Shown here in pieces: positions 39,763 through 50,876 of a stretch of 64,000 nucleotides of DNA. Made by a program: the position numbers and the translations under genes. The notes below the pieces were generated by a model. That model saw nothing but the letters and a program-made list of their open reading frames with translations, was not told the DNA's origin and searched no databases. The stretch lies in the NCBI GenBank assembly GCA_963707025.1, contig CAVPOM010000003.1, positions 291,750 to 355,749 on the forward strand, in the 5' to 3' direction. This DNA is from an uncultured Verrucomicrobiae bacterium. GTDB taxonomy: Bacteria; Verrucomicrobiota; Verrucomicrobiia; Limisphaerales; Palsa-1400. Numbering within the stretch: the first letter of the stretch is position 1; the number at the start of each line of letters is the position of its first letter.

Positions 39763-41885
39763 TCAGAAGGAAACGGTGTTGGTCTGGAGAAAAGTCCACG
39801 CGCCGCGGTTGACGGAGATGACATGGGGCGTCAGCGGCGGCTGCTTGAGGGAGTTGTTGAAGTTCAGGTCGAACGCCCAGTTGCGCGTGGGCGGGTTATA
39901 GACCGTGCCGGTGCCCGGCCATGGGGCGGTGGCGATCTGGCTGGTGAACATGCAGACCATGGAGCCATTGTAGGTAAAGGTATAACCGCTCCAGTTTTCC
40001 AGGAAGCGCGGAAAATTTTCTACCCCGCCGCTGTAGTAAGTGCCATTGGATGGCACGTTGCCGGTGAGAAAGGCGGCGTTGACCGTATCGTTGGCCGCCG
40101 TCCGGCTGCCGATGCCGGCGCTGCTGTTGGCCGGGTTCCAAGCGCTGGATAATATGGTGATGGCATCGGCATAAACGGCGGCGGGGCGGGTCTTGGAGGT
40201 GTCGAAAGTGCCCAGGTTGACCGGGGTGCCGTTGGTGGAGACGTTGTAATTGCCGACGATATAAACCGGGTCGGGAGTGACCACGGAAAGGCCGAGGGTG
40301 GGCAAGGTGGTGCCGTTGGTGAGCACCACGCCGGCTTGTGAAACGATATTGTAGTTGGTGGTATAATAGGGGGTGGTGGTCACGCCCGTGATCCACTCGT
40401 AACTATAACCGTTGATCAGGCTAAATTGGTAAAGCTTGGGGTGGACGCTGGTGTTGGTCGAGATGCCGCCCAGGTAAGTGCCGTTGGCCGGGTAGTTGGT
40501 GCTTTGGGTCAAGGTGGTGTTGGTGGTGATGGGAGGGATGACGTTGGTGGAGCCGCCGGCGGGGTGGGCCACCGTATTGGTGAAGACAATGTTGGTGGTG
40601 TAGTTTTCGTTGGTCGTGACCACCGCATTGCTGTTGGCCCGCTCATCGGCAATAAAGACCGAGTCCAGATCCCGGTTGCCCAGGGCGACGCGCAGGGTGG
40701 TGTTGGTCGCGCTCCAAGCGGTTAATTTTCCCACGTCAAGGTCCGCGGTTTGGATGTTGACGCCCTGGCGCTGGTCATAGAATTGAGTGCTGGCATTGGT
40801 GTTCAGCCAGAGCGACCAGGCGGCATTGGAGATCACCGTCGCCTGGTTATTGGCGTTGACGCCGCTGGTCACCGTCACGCTGTTGTTGGAAATGAGGACG
40901 ATCATGTCCGCCTGGTTGTAGAGGTAATTGCTCCCGGTCTGGGAGGTGGCGGACACGCCGGCGGGCGGTATTTGCAGGATGGCATCGACGTTCTGGGAGG
41001 TGTTGGTGGCCGAGCCGGAGTTGTTGGTGCCCACCGGCAGAATCAGGGGGTCAACCCCGCTCAAATGGTAGCCATCGAAGAGCGGGTTGCTGGTGGCCGG
41101 GCGGCTGGAAGGATCCAACGGATTCTCCCCCAGGACGATGGTGCCGGCGGAGGACACGTCGTTGGAAAAGGTCAGGGTGACGCCCGAATTGGGATCAAGG
41201 TAGATGTTATTATTGCCATGGGCGAAGCCGTTGACGGTCATGTTGGCCCCGGGGTCAATTTCCATCGTGTTCTGGAAAAAAATGGCGAACTGAAAAATCG
41301 GGATCGTCCCCAGATTGACCTGCTGCCCCACCGCGGCGCCGATATGGAAATCGGTGTTCTTGTTCATGGCGGTGGAGATGATCTCGTAGGTGGAGGCCAG
41401 CATGTACAAGCCCTGATAGGGCGGCCCCAGCACGATGATGTTGGTCGGATTGATCCGGTTGATCACGGCCACATTGGTTTGTCCCAGCCGGCGGTAAAGG
41501 TGTAGTTGCCCCAGTAGGCATCGTCGCTGGCAGTGGGGATGTAATTGGAATAGGTGGAAAGCCTGGAAAAGACGATCGGTTCCCCGTAGTTCTCATAATC
41601 GGCCACGATGGCCGAGAGGATCTTCTCGGTGGCCCCTTCGGCCGCATAAGTGGTGGCGTAAAACTCGTTGTTGCGGGCGGTTATATTGGCGGAGACATTC
41701 GACCAGCTCAACACACTCCCGACCACCAGGAGCGCCCCCACGGCCAGCACCATGACAATCATGAGCGCCCACCCGCCGCGGGCGCGCCGGAATTTGACTG
41801 GAGGCAGGAGGGTGGCGGCCTGGCGGGCCGTTGGCTGGACGCCGCGGGCGCGCCCGAATTTGACTGGAGGGAGGAGTAGTTTCAT
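39763..41885 (-). CDS. PilX-like large minor pilin/adhesin, frameshift near 41470
   Basis: RARGGWALMIVMV prepilin-like N-terminus; Thr/Asn-rich body; SGGVENFPRFLENW...YNPPTRNWAFD. Confidence 0.78.
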
Positions 41886-42514
41886 GGTCTCATGCGCGGG
41901 GCGATTCTGGAGTTGATCTGATAAAAATCCACCGGGTTGCCGGGCGTGATCTCAATCTGGGGGTTTTGCAGGGCGGTGAACGACAAATAGATGTTGATGA
42001 CCGGGTAAGGCGTGGCGTTGCTCAGAATGTTGCCCAGATAATCCTGCATGGAGAAAATATAGTTGTCGTTGGTGACGGGGTTGGCCGAGACGATGCGGTA
42101 GTCGCCGACCGCGGTTCCGTCCCAGTTGGTGCGGTAGAGCGTGCTGGAAGGGGCGTCATAGTAGTAGAGTGTCCATTTGTTGGTGTTGGTGCTGGCATAA
42201 AGTTTCATGGCGTTGCCGGCCTGGATGTTGCTCGCGCCCGCATTGGTGAAGCCCGCCATGCTGCCGGTCCCGACGTAAATGGAATAGGCGGTGCGGACAT
42301 CCTCATGGAGCATGCCCATGCTGCGGCGGGCGTCGTCGCCGGTCAGGAGCCAGATTTCGCTGCGCTGCGTCATGGCCAGGCCCCACAAATTAATGGCGAT
42401 CACGGCGCCAAACACCATGACCAGGGTGGTGCTGGAAATCATCAACTCGGCCAGAGTGAAACCCCGGCCCCGGCCCATCCGGCTGCTTTTGTCCAGCGCC
42501 AGCTTCATATTCAT
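41882..42514 (-). CDS. Prepilin-type minor pilin (PilW-like)
   Basis: RGFTLAELM N-methylation motif. Confidence 0.88.
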   Translation of the reverse strand: MNMKLALDKSSRMGRGRGFTLAELMISSTTLVMVFGAVIAINLWGLAMTQRSEIWLLTGDDARRSMGMLHEDVRTAYSIYVGTGSMAGFTNAGASNIQAGNAMKLYASTNTNKWTLYYYDAPSSTLYRTNWDGTAVGDYRIVSANPVTNDNYIFSMQDYLGNILSNATPYPVINIYLSFTALQNPQIEITPGNPVDFYQINSRIAPRMRP

Positions 42515-42966
42515 AGATTGGGACCGCGCAAGACGGCGACGGTGTTGGTATAAGTGGCCAGCCCGTTGAAACCCCAGACACAATCCACCCGGATCATCAG
42601 ATAGGGCGGATTGGTGGAAAGCTGGGTGATGGTGGTATAGTTGGTGCAGGTTATAACGTTGGTCATGGCCACCGGCATCTCCAAATCCTCCTTGTCAACG
42701 TTGGTCAAGGCCGGGTTAAAGATATTGGTCACGCCATAACTGGGAATCCAGTTGGCGTAGATGACCTGCTCGATCTTCTTGACCGCCTGCATATTGGCGG
42801 CCAGGGAGCAGGCGGCATATTGCGATTTGTAAGACCCGGTGGAATAGCACTTGACCACCGCCGCGCACAGCAGGGCGGCAATGGCCGCCGCCATCACCAC
42901 CTCGGCCAGCGTAAAGGCGCGCCCCCCGGCAACTCCCCGTCTCCGGTATGGTAAAGTAAATTTCAT
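42511..42966 (-). CDS. Prepilin-type minor pilin (PilV-like)
   Basis: RAFTLAEVV motif. Confidence 0.88.
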   Translation of the reverse strand: MKFTLPYRRRGVAGGRAFTLAEVVMAAAIAALLCAAVVKCYSTGSYKSQYAACSLAANMQAVKKIEQVIYANWIPSYGVTNIFNPALTNVDKEDLEMPVAMTNVITCTNYTTITQLSTNPPYLMIRVDCVWGFNGLATYTNTVAVLRGPNL

Positions 42967-43177
42967 GGAACAGTCGGACAATCAAGCCGCGCGCGAAAAG
43001 AGCGTCTTTCGCCTATTTTGAATATAGCAAATACCCTGCCATGTCAATTTCGCCACGGCCTGTGGGCGGGGCTTCCCCGGAGGGCCGGGCCATACTGCAC
43101 ATAATTGGGACACCGTGTCCCGGTGGATTCTCAAAATTGCGCTTTGCACTTGGCGTTTTCCCTCTAACCTTGCCGGG

Positions 43178-43978
43178 ATGACAAATGATTCGCAAAGCCC
43201 GCCGCTCTGGCCTTTTCTCCTGGTGGACGCGTTGTTTCTCGGCGTGGCCGTGCTCCTGTTGGAGTTGGGCCACCGTCCCCTGCTCTGGTGGGAGGCGGCC
43301 GGGCTGATCCTCTGCGCCGCCGCCGGGGCGGGCGTTTTCCTGACGCCCTTCCTGCGCCGCAGCGCCAACAGCCAGACCCTGGCCCAGGCCGAGAAACTGG
43401 CCGACGCCGCCGGAAAGATTCAAAAGCTGGATGAACTGGCCAACCAAATAAGCAACTCCACCGCCCAATGGCAAGCGGTGCAGGACACGGCGGCCAAAAC
43501 GGCGCAAACCGCCACCGACCTGGCCCAAAACATGGCCGCCGAAGCCAAGGCCTTCACCGAATTCCTGCAAAAAGCCAATGACGCCGAGCGCGCCCATTTG
43601 CGGCTGGAAGCGGAGAAGCTCCGCCGCAACGAAACCGAATGGCTGCAAATCGTCATCCGCCTGTTGGACCAGGTCTATGCCCTGTTCCAAGCGGCCCTGC
43701 AATCCGGCCAGCCGGCGCTGGCCGAGCAGATCGGTCATTTTCAAAATGCCTGCCGCGACATCAGCCGCCGGGCCGGATTGGCCGTCGTCACCCCGCTGGC
43801 CGGCGAACCTTTCGATCCCAAACGCCATCAACTCATCCACGACGACGACGCGGAAGAGAACGCCCTCGTCCTGGACACCCTGGCCCCCGGCTACACCTAC
43901 CAGGGCCAATTGGTGCGCCGCGCCCTGGTGCGCTTGCAGGAGGCCAAGCCCGCCGCCACCGGCGCCGGAAAAGCCTAA
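43178..43978 (+). CDS. Membrane-anchored protein with C-terminal GrpE-like domain
   Basis: Two N-terminal TMs, a coiled coil, GEPFDPKRHQ...PGYTYQGQLVRRALV. Confidence 0.8.
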   Translation: MTNDSQSPPLWPFLLVDALFLGVAVLLLELGHRPLLWWEAAGLILCAAAGAGVFLTPFLRRSANSQTLAQAEKLADAAGKIQKLDELANQISNSTAQWQAVQDTAAKTAQTATDLAQNMAAEAKAFTEFLQKANDAERAHLRLEAEKLRRNETEWLQIVIRLLDQVYALFQAALQSGQPALAEQIGHFQNACRDISRRAGLAVVTPLAGEPFDPKRHQLIHDDDAEENALVLDTLAPGYTYQGQLVRRALVRLQEAKPAATGAGKA

Positions 43979-46900
43979 TTCCCGTCCAACTCCACCGTCC
44001 GGCCAACGGCGAAGAAATGGAGCCAGCGCCGAGTCACCGGCCGGCCGTAAATGCGGGCGATGGCCCGGGCGTAAAGGCAGAGTTGCGGGCGGTAGAAGCG
44101 GACCTTTTCTGCCAATTCCTCCTCGGCAAAATGATCTGTTTTGAAATCCAGCACCCACATCTCCTCCGACGTGACCACGGCCAGGTCCATGACACCCTGC
44201 ACGATGACGAACTCCTGGCCGTCAGCATTGGGCGGGTGGTGAAAGGCAGGGCTCCCGGCAGGCCGGGACTGCCCGCCGTCGGGCCTTGGAAGAGAATTCA
44301 ATATCCCACCACCTTTCCCCGGCAGGTCCCGATAATTCCGGACCCGCCCTGGCACTGAAGCCTGGGGCCTTGCGCCCTCCGACTCCTCCCGGCCGCCCTG
44401 CAAATCTTCCAGTTCCGACGGGGAAAACCGCGCGGTGAAGGCCAGCTCGCGCCGCACCTGGTCGCGCCGGGCCAGCAACTGCCGGCCCACCTCGGATTGC
44501 CAAAAAGCGGCCAGCGCCTTGAAATCCAAACACGCCGCCTGCGCTTCCGACAAAATGCCCTCGCCCCGCAAGCGGGCGGCTTCGGCTTGCAAGCGGGCCG
44601 CGCTGCCCGTTTCGGCCAGCGCCACGCCCTCCAAAAACGCATGATGCGCCGAACCGGTCTCCGCCGCCGACAGCGGGCCGGTCCGCCTTTCCCCGCGCGG
44701 GTCCGGCGGGGGTGTAAATAATAGTTCTGAGGCGTCCTCCTGCTCCTCCTCCTCCGCCAGGAGGCGGCGCAGAGCGGAAACGGAAGTTTTGGCGGCGCGG
44801 CGGGTCGCCTCCTCGAAGCCATAGCGCCACGCCAGTGCCGCCCGGCCACGGCGCAGGAACGGCCCATCCGCGGCCTGTGACGGCGGAGCGGGAGCGGCTT
44901 CCTCTTGGCCCGGCGCCGTGGCTGGTTCCTGTTCATCAATAATTGTCCACGCCAGCAGCGCATGGCCGCCGGATTGGCCGGCCGCCTGCGGGCCAAATTT
45001 CAGGACCAGCCAGGCGCCCAGCCAGTCCAGGAAGCTGCGGCCCGCCAGAATTTCCGCCGCGCCCAGTCCGCGTTCCGCCGCCTGCGGCCATTTGGTGGCA
45101 AGGGCGCTGTGCCGGGCCGAGCCGCACAAGATCAGCCGGTCGGCCGCGCGCGTCAGGGCCACATAAAGCAGGCGCAACTCTTCGCCGCAGGTTTGGCGTT
45201 GCTGACGCCGTTGGGCCAGCCAATGCGGCAGGCTGGGATAAAATTGGGAAAGCCCCGGCGGCTTGACTTGCGGGCAGAGGCCCAATTCCTCGTCCAAAAT
45301 GACCCGCCCGCGCGTATCCTCCAAGTTGAAGCGCTTGCCCAAATCGGCCAGCGCCACGATGGCAAACTCCAGCCCCTTGCTCTGATGAATGCTCATCAGG
45401 CGGACGGCATCCCGCAAGGGCTGTCCGGCCGGCTCGACCTCCAGCTCGTTTTCCTGCTGGGCCTGGACAAATTGGAGGAAACGGTAGAGCCCTTCGCCGC
45501 GAAAGCTGTCAAACTGCCTGGTCAGGTGGATCAAGCGGGAAACATTGGCGGCCCGTTGGGCCGCGTCGGGCGCGCCGGCCATCCATTGGCCGAAGCCGGT
45601 TTCCTCCACCACCTTTTCCAAAACCAGGGAGACGCCCGCCAGGCGGGAGAGGCGGCGCCAGGCGCCAAAGCGCTGCAGAAAAGTATTGACACGCTCGTGT
45701 TCCGGGTTGGCCTCGTGCCAGCGGAGCAACGCGGCCCAGATGCGTCCCGGCCGTTGCGCCAAGCGGATGGCGGCCAGTTCATCCGCCGTCAATCCCACCA
45801 AGGGCGAGCGCAACACGCCCAGCAGCGGCAGATCCTGCGAGGGATTGTCCAGGACTTGCAGCAGGCTGAGCAGGTCGCGCACCTCCAGGCCCTCGTAAAA
45901 GCCGCCGCGCACCGCCGCCAGCGGCACGCCCAGGCGGGCAAATTCCCGGACGTAGGCTTCCACCTTATGGCGCGGGGAACGGAGCAGAATCACCATGTCG
46001 CTCCAAGTCGCGCGCCGGGGCGGCTGGCCGGGAATGGCGATTTCCTGATTTTTCAATTCCATGAGCCGCCGCCCAATCAGGCGCGCTTCCATCTCGGTGT
46101 CGGAAATGGTTTCGGCCTCGCCGGTTTCCGCCCCGCCCTCCGCCTCCGGGCCGCGTCCGGTGCGGCGCAGGAGCAATTCCACGCGCGGGGCGGATTCCGC
46201 GCGGGCCGCCTGACCGGCCCGTTGCCCAGGGTTGCCGCAACGCAGGCGGGCTTGGTCATCGTAGGCCACGCCGCCCAATTCCGGGCGCATGAGCGTGGCG
46301 AACAGGGCGTTGACGAAATTGAGAATGTCCGGGTGACTGCGGAAATTGTCCGAAAGCGAAATCACGCGCGCGCCGGGCTGGCTCTGCCAGGCGCGCTGGT
46401 AGTGGAGAAAAATGCGCGGGTCGGCGAGCCGGAAACGATAAATGCTTTGTTTGATGTCGCCGACCAGGAAACGGTTGGCGTCGGCGCCTTCGCGGCCCAG
46501 CGCGCAAAGGATCGCCTCCTGCGCGCGGTTGATGTCCTGGAATTCGTCCACGAAAATCAGGCGCAGCCGGGCGCGCCAGTGCGCGGCGATGGGGCCGGGC
46601 CGCCCGCCCTCCCGCCCGCCCAGCAGTTGCAGGGCGAATTGTTCCAGGTCGTGAAAATCAAGGCCGCCGGCCTCGCGCTTGGCGGCCCGGTAAGCCTGCC
46701 CGAATTGTTGTGTCAAGTCGAGCAATGCCAGCATGGAGGGCGCGCTCCATTTCCAGTCTTCGGCCAGCGGATCGGTTTTTTCCACCGCGCAGACCGAACG
46801 CAAAAAGCGCGCTTCGGCCAAAAGGTTTTCCAAAGGCTTGCGCCATTTTGGCTGGCATCCGTCCGCCGCCTGGCCAATGGCCTGGAGGGCGGCGGCAAAT

Positions 46901-47658
46901 TCCGGGCGCGACGGTTTTTGCGGGAGGCGGGCCAGGGCTGCGGCGCAGGGCTGCGCGCATGGGTTCTGCGCCGGCAGCGCCCGCATAACTTCGAGCCAGG
47001 AGCGGCGGCAGCCTTCCAACTCCGCCATGAGCCAGTCCTCCCAGGGGCCGGGCGGGGCTTGTTCAAATCGGGCGGCTTGGGCTGCAAACCACCCGGCCGG
47101 ATCGGGCAGGGTCTGGGCATAATGATGCAGCCGGAGGACGAGCGCGCGCACGGCCAGGTCGGAGTCGCCCCCCAGCGATTGGATGGTTTGCTGGATGGCC
47201 CTGGCCGGGGCGGTTTCGCGGCTGTAGTTCTGTTGCAACACCGCGTCCAGCGCCTGGCGGGCCAGGAGTTGGGCGCGTTCCTCGGGCAGCACGATCATCT
47301 GCGGGTCCAGGCCGAGGGTGTAAAAATGCTCGCGCACGAGCCGGAAACAGAAACTGTGCAGGGTGCAAATCCATGCCGTATCCAGCAGCGCCAACTGCTC
47401 CGCCAGGCGCGGCGAGGGGCTGGCGGCGTGGACGGCTTGCAGGGCCGCGCGCAAGCGCTGGCGCATTTCCGCGGCGGCGGCTTCGGTGAAGGTGACCATC
47501 AGAATCTGGTCCATTGAGCCGGGATTTTGGGTTTCCAGCAACCAGGCCAGGCAGCGGTCCACCAGCGTGCGCGTCTTGCCCGCGCCAGCGCCGGCCACGA
47601 CCAGCACGTTCCCGCGCGCGGCGATGGCCGCTTGCTGTTGTGGCGTGGGATGGCTCAT
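43975..47658 (-). CDS. addA: AddA-like UvrD helicase-nuclease
   Basis: AGAGAGKT, TLHSFC, VDEFQD, VGDIKQSIYRFR, SIHQSKGLEF, YVALTRA, VQGVMD...LDFKTD. Confidence 0.92.
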   Translation of the reverse strand: MSHPTPQQQAAIAARGNVLVVAGAGAGKTRTLVDRCLAWLLETQNPGSMDQILMVTFTEAAAAEMRQRLRAALQAVHAASPSPRLAEQLALLDTAWICTLHSFCFRLVREHFYTLGLDPQMIVLPEERAQLLARQALDAVLQQNYSRETAPARAIQQTIQSLGGDSDLAVRALVLRLHHYAQTLPDPAGWFAAQAARFEQAPPGPWEDWLMAELEGCRRSWLEVMRALPAQNPCAQPCAAALARLPQKPSRPEFAAALQAIGQAADGCQPKWRKPLENLLAEARFLRSVCAVEKTDPLAEDWKWSAPSMLALLDLTQQFGQAYRAAKREAGGLDFHDLEQFALQLLGGREGGRPGPIAAHWRARLRLIFVDEFQDINRAQEAILCALGREGADANRFLVGDIKQSIYRFRLADPRIFLHYQRAWQSQPGARVISLSDNFRSHPDILNFVNALFATLMRPELGGVAYDDQARLRCGNPGQRAGQAARAESAPRVELLLRRTGRGPEAEGGAETGEAETISDTEMEARLIGRRLMELKNQEIAIPGQPPRRATWSDMVILLRSPRHKVEAYVREFARLGVPLAAVRGGFYEGLEVRDLLSLLQVLDNPSQDLPLLGVLRSPLVGLTADELAAIRLAQRPGRIWAALLRWHEANPEHERVNTFLQRFGAWRRLSRLAGVSLVLEKVVEETGFGQWMAGAPDAAQRAANVSRLIHLTRQFDSFRGEGLYRFLQFVQAQQENELEVEPAGQPLRDAVRLMSIHQSKGLEFAIVALADLGKRFNLEDTRGRVILDEELGLCPQVKPPGLSQFYPSLPHWLAQRRQQRQTCGEELRLLYVALTRAADRLILCGSARHSALATKWPQAAERGLGAAEILAGRSFLDWLGAWLVLKFGPQAAGQSGGHALLAWTIIDEQEPATAPGQEEAAPAPPSQAADGPFLRRGRAALAWRYGFEEATRRAAKTSVSALRRLLAEEEEQEDASELLFTPPPDPRGERRTGPLSAAETGSAHHAFLEGVALAETGSAARLQAEAARLRGEGILSEAQAACLDFKALAAFWQSEVGRQLLARRDQVRRELAFTARFSPSELEDLQGGREESEGARPQASVPGRVRNYRDLPGKGGGILNSLPRPDGGQSRPAGSPAFHHPPNADGQEFVIVQGVMDLAVVTSEEMWVLDFKTDHFAEEELAEKVRFYRPQLCLYARAIARIYGRPVTRRWLHFFAVGRTVELDGN

Positions 47659-47856
47659 CTGGCTTTAACCGGGTTGCGGTGCGATTGCATGATGCAGTTT
47701 AGGGTGACGCGGCGGGGGAAGGCCAATCAACAATTACCAAATCGCCCCACCCTCCCTCCTTTGCTCAGATCGGGCGGAGGGCAAGCAGGGCCTGGGCTTG
47801 CCGGTCCGCCCTTTGCCTGGCAGGCTTCCCGCGCCGGGACAGGAGAACAGGTGGTT

Positions 47857-47874
47857 CTGTCACCCAATTGTCAC
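47857..47874 (+). promoter_or_regulatory. Pho box upstream of pstS
   Basis: CTGTCAC-CCAA-TTGTCAC with 11-bp period, followed by TTGACG-N18-TATCGT. Confidence 0.8.
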
Positions 47875-47943
47875 AGTGCTTGCGTTGACGAAAATCGAGC
47901 CGGCGGCCTATCGTGGCTGTCAGTAGAACAAACCATAAAGATT

Positions 47944-48963
47944 ATGACGCATCAAAAAACTCTGGCCGCCATCCTGGGCATCGCGCTGCTGGCGGGTTGC
48001 GTGCAAAAGGCGGCCGCGCAACTGCTCCTCAACGGGGCGGGAGCCACTTTTCCGTACCCGATTTATTCCAAGTGGTCCTTTGAATACCGGAAAGTGGATC
48101 CGACCGTCAACATTAACTACCAGTCCATCGGTTCGGGGGGCGGGCAGAAATCAATTCTGGACGGGACGGTCGCCTTCGGAGCCTCGGATGGGCCGATGAG
48201 CGACGCGGATCTGGCCAAGGCACCGGGGAAAATCCTGCACATTCCGACGGTGGCCGGGGCGGACGTGGTCACTTACAATCTACCCGGCAACCCGGCGCTG
48301 CAATTGGACGGGCCGACCATCGCGGGAATATTTCTGGGAAAGATCACCAAATGGAACGACCCGAAAATCGCGGCGCAAAATCCAGCGGCGAAATTGCCGG
48401 CCACGGACATCGCGGTGGTGCATCGGTCGGATGGCAGCGGCACGACCTACATATTTGTGGATTATCTGAGCAACATCAGCCATGAATGGGAAACGGGCGT
48501 GGGGCGGGGCACGGCGGTGAAATGGCCGGTTGGGGACGGGGCCAAAGGGAACGAAGGGGTCACCGAACAAATCAAACAGATGCCCGGCTCGGTCGGCTAC
48601 GTGGAACTGGTCTATGCCGTGCAGCAGAAGCTGCCCTTCGCCAGCGTGAAAAATGCGTCGGGCAAATATGTTGTTCCATCCATCGATTCGGTCACGGCGG
48701 CGCTGGCCACGGCCAAGATTCCCGAGGATTTCCGTTTCTCGATGGTCAATCCGCCTGGGGAAAAGGCCTATCCGATTGCCGGGACGACCTGGCTGCTGGT
48801 TTACCAGAAGCAGGCCGACGCGCAAAAGGGAAAGAAGCTGGTGGAGTTTCTCAAGTGGGTGGAAACCAAGGGCCAGGCCATGGCGCCGGCGCTGAATTAC
48901 GCGCCGTTGCCGGAGCAACTGTCCCAGCGTGTTCTGAAAGAGATTGATTCGATCACGTATTGA
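47944..48963 (+). CDS. pstS: Phosphate ABC transporter substrate-binding protein
   Basis: GAGATFPYPIY, YQSIGSGGG, RSDGSGTT. Confidence 0.97.
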   Translation: MTHQKTLAAILGIALLAGCVQKAAAQLLLNGAGATFPYPIYSKWSFEYRKVDPTVNINYQSIGSGGGQKSILDGTVAFGASDGPMSDADLAKAPGKILHIPTVAGADVVTYNLPGNPALQLDGPTIAGIFLGKITKWNDPKIAAQNPAAKLPATDIAVVHRSDGSGTTYIFVDYLSNISHEWETGVGRGTAVKWPVGDGAKGNEGVTEQIKQMPGSVGYVELVYAVQQKLPFASVKNASGKYVVPSIDSVTAALATAKIPEDFRFSMVNPPGEKAYPIAGTTWLLVYQKQADAQKGKKLVEFLKWVETKGQAMAPALNYAPLPEQLSQRVLKEIDSITY

Positions 48964-49043
48964 ATTCAGGCTGGCCCAGTGCAACCGGGGCGCGGAATTC
49001 TGGCGGGTGAAAGGGGCCGCTCCTGGAAGAATGAAGCAGTCTT

Positions 49044-50021
49044 ATGAACTCTGCCGCAGTTTCAGGCAAGACCGGACCGCCCGCAGGGATGACCCTGGCC
49101 CCACCGGGCAAGCTCGGCGACCAGGCGTTCCGATTCCTGACCTGGCTGATGGCCTTGATGGTGTTGGTTCTGCTGGTGCTGTTGGGATGGACGTTGCGGA
49201 AAGGATCGGCGCTTTCTTTGGACAAATTCGGCTGGGCTTTCTTGTTTCAATCAGACTGGAATCCGGTGACTGGGGTGTTTGGGGCCTACACATCTATTTT
49301 TGGGACGTTTGTGACCTCCTTTGCCGGATTGCTCATCGCGCTGCCATTGAGCCTGGCGACGGCGGTTTATCTGACGGAGTTGGCGCCGGGCTGGGTGCGG
49401 CAACCGGCGATTTCGATGATTGAGATGCTGGCGGCCATACCGAGCGTGGTCTTTGGCCTCTGGGGCATGCGAGTGCTGGTGCCGTGGCTGCAGGGCGGAC
49501 CGTATATTGTGCTGAACCAGTATTTGGGATTTCTGCCATTCTTCAAGGGGCCGATTCACGGCCGGTGCCTGCTTTCGGCGGCGATCATTATCGCCATTAT
49601 GATCCTGCCCATCATCACCTCCATTACGCGCGAGGTTTTCCGCGCCGTGCCCGATTCACAGCGGGAAGCGGCCTTTGCCCTTGGGGCAACCCGCTGGGAA
49701 GTGACGCGGCTGGCGGTGTTGCGGCATTCCGTACGCGGCATATTTGGGGCCGCCATGCTGGGGCTGGGCCGGGCGCTTGGGGAAGCGATGGCGGTGACGA
49801 TGGTGATCGGCAACGCGGACAACAGTTCCTGGTCACTTTTTTCGTCGGGCAACACGCTGGCCAGCAAGATGGCCAATGAGTATGCGGAAACGACTCCGGG
49901 CATTCATTTGAGCGCGCTGTTTGAACTGGCGCTGATGTTGCTGGTGGTGACGCTGGCCACCAATATCCTGGCGCGCCTCTTGATTGGCGCGATGGGAGGC
50001 CGCAAACCCGCTGGAACCTGA
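49044..50021 (+). CDS. pstC: Phosphate ABC transporter permease
   Basis: [33 protein letters not shown]. Confidence 0.96.
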   Translation: MNSAAVSGKTGPPAGMTLAPPGKLGDQAFRFLTWLMALMVLVLLVLLGWTLRKGSALSLDKFGWAFLFQSDWNPVTGVFGAYTSIFGTFVTSFAGLLIALPLSLATAVYLTELAPGWVRQPAISMIEMLAAIPSVVFGLWGMRVLVPWLQGGPYIVLNQYLGFLPFFKGPIHGRCLLSAAIIIAIMILPIITSITREVFRAVPDSQREAAFALGATRWEVTRLAVLRHSVRGIFGAAMLGLGRALGEAMAVTMVIGNADNSSWSLFSSGNTLASKMANEYAETTPGIHLSALFELALMLLVVTLATNILARLLIGAMGGRKPAGT

Positions 50022-50026
50022 GCGCC

Positions 50027-50869
50027 ATGAATAATTGGTATCATCACTGGAGAAAGATCAAAAGTGCCTGCCTGTCGGGCCTGTGCCTGATGTGCGCGCT
50101 GGTGGTCATCGCGCCGCTGGCCTTTGTGCTCTTTAGTCTGATCAAAGCGGGAACCAGTTCGCTGGATCTGGACTTTTTCACGCAGTTGCCCAAACCGGTC
50201 GGGGAAGTCGGCGGGGGCATGGCGAACGCCATTGTGGGGAGCATGACGTTGGTCGGATTGGCCGGGTTGGTCGGCATCCCGATCGGGGTGCTGGGGGGAA
50301 TTCATCTTGCGGAATTCGGGTCGCCGCGGATGAACTGGGCGGTTGGATTCGCGGCGGACATCCTCAATGGCACGCCCTCCATCGTGTGGGGCATCCTGGT
50401 ATATGCGCTGGGGGTGGGTTATTCGGCGTATGCGGCCGGACTGGCGCTGGGGTTCATCATGATCCCGCTCATCATCCGCACGACCGAGGAGATGATCAGG
50501 CTGGTGCCCAACAGCTACCGCGAAGCGGCGTTTGCCCTGGGCATCCCGCATTGGAGAATTGTGCTCAATGTCGTCCTGAAAACAGCGGGGAAGGGAATCA
50601 TTACCGGCATCCTGTTGGCGGCGGCGCGGATCGCGGGTGAGACCGCGCCGCTTCTGTTCACGGCGTTTGGCAACAATTTTTGGAGTCACAAACTTTCCGA
50701 ACCGATCGCAGCCTTGCCGTTGCAGATTTTCACCTATGCCACTTCGCCTTATGATGACTGGCTCCGGCAGGCTTGGGCTGGGGCGCTGGTCTTGATTCTG
50801 TTCGTCCTGGCGCTTAACATTGGAGTGAGGGTGTTGACGCGCGGCGGCGCACCCCATCTGGCAAGATAA
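50027..50869 (+). CDS. pstA: Phosphate ABC transporter permease
   Basis: [20 protein letters not shown]. Confidence 0.96.
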   Translation: MNNWYHHWRKIKSACLSGLCLMCALVVIAPLAFVLFSLIKAGTSSLDLDFFTQLPKPVGEVGGGMANAIVGSMTLVGLAGLVGIPIGVLGGIHLAEFGSPRMNWAVGFAADILNGTPSIVWGILVYALGVGYSAYAAGLALGFIMIPLIIRTTEEMIRLVPNSYREAAFALGIPHWRIVLNVVLKTAGKGIITGILLAAARIAGETAPLLFTAFGNNFWSHKLSEPIAALPLQIFTYATSPYDDWLRQAWAGALVLILFVLALNIGVRVLTRGGAPHLAR

Positions 50870-50876
50870 AAATTGC

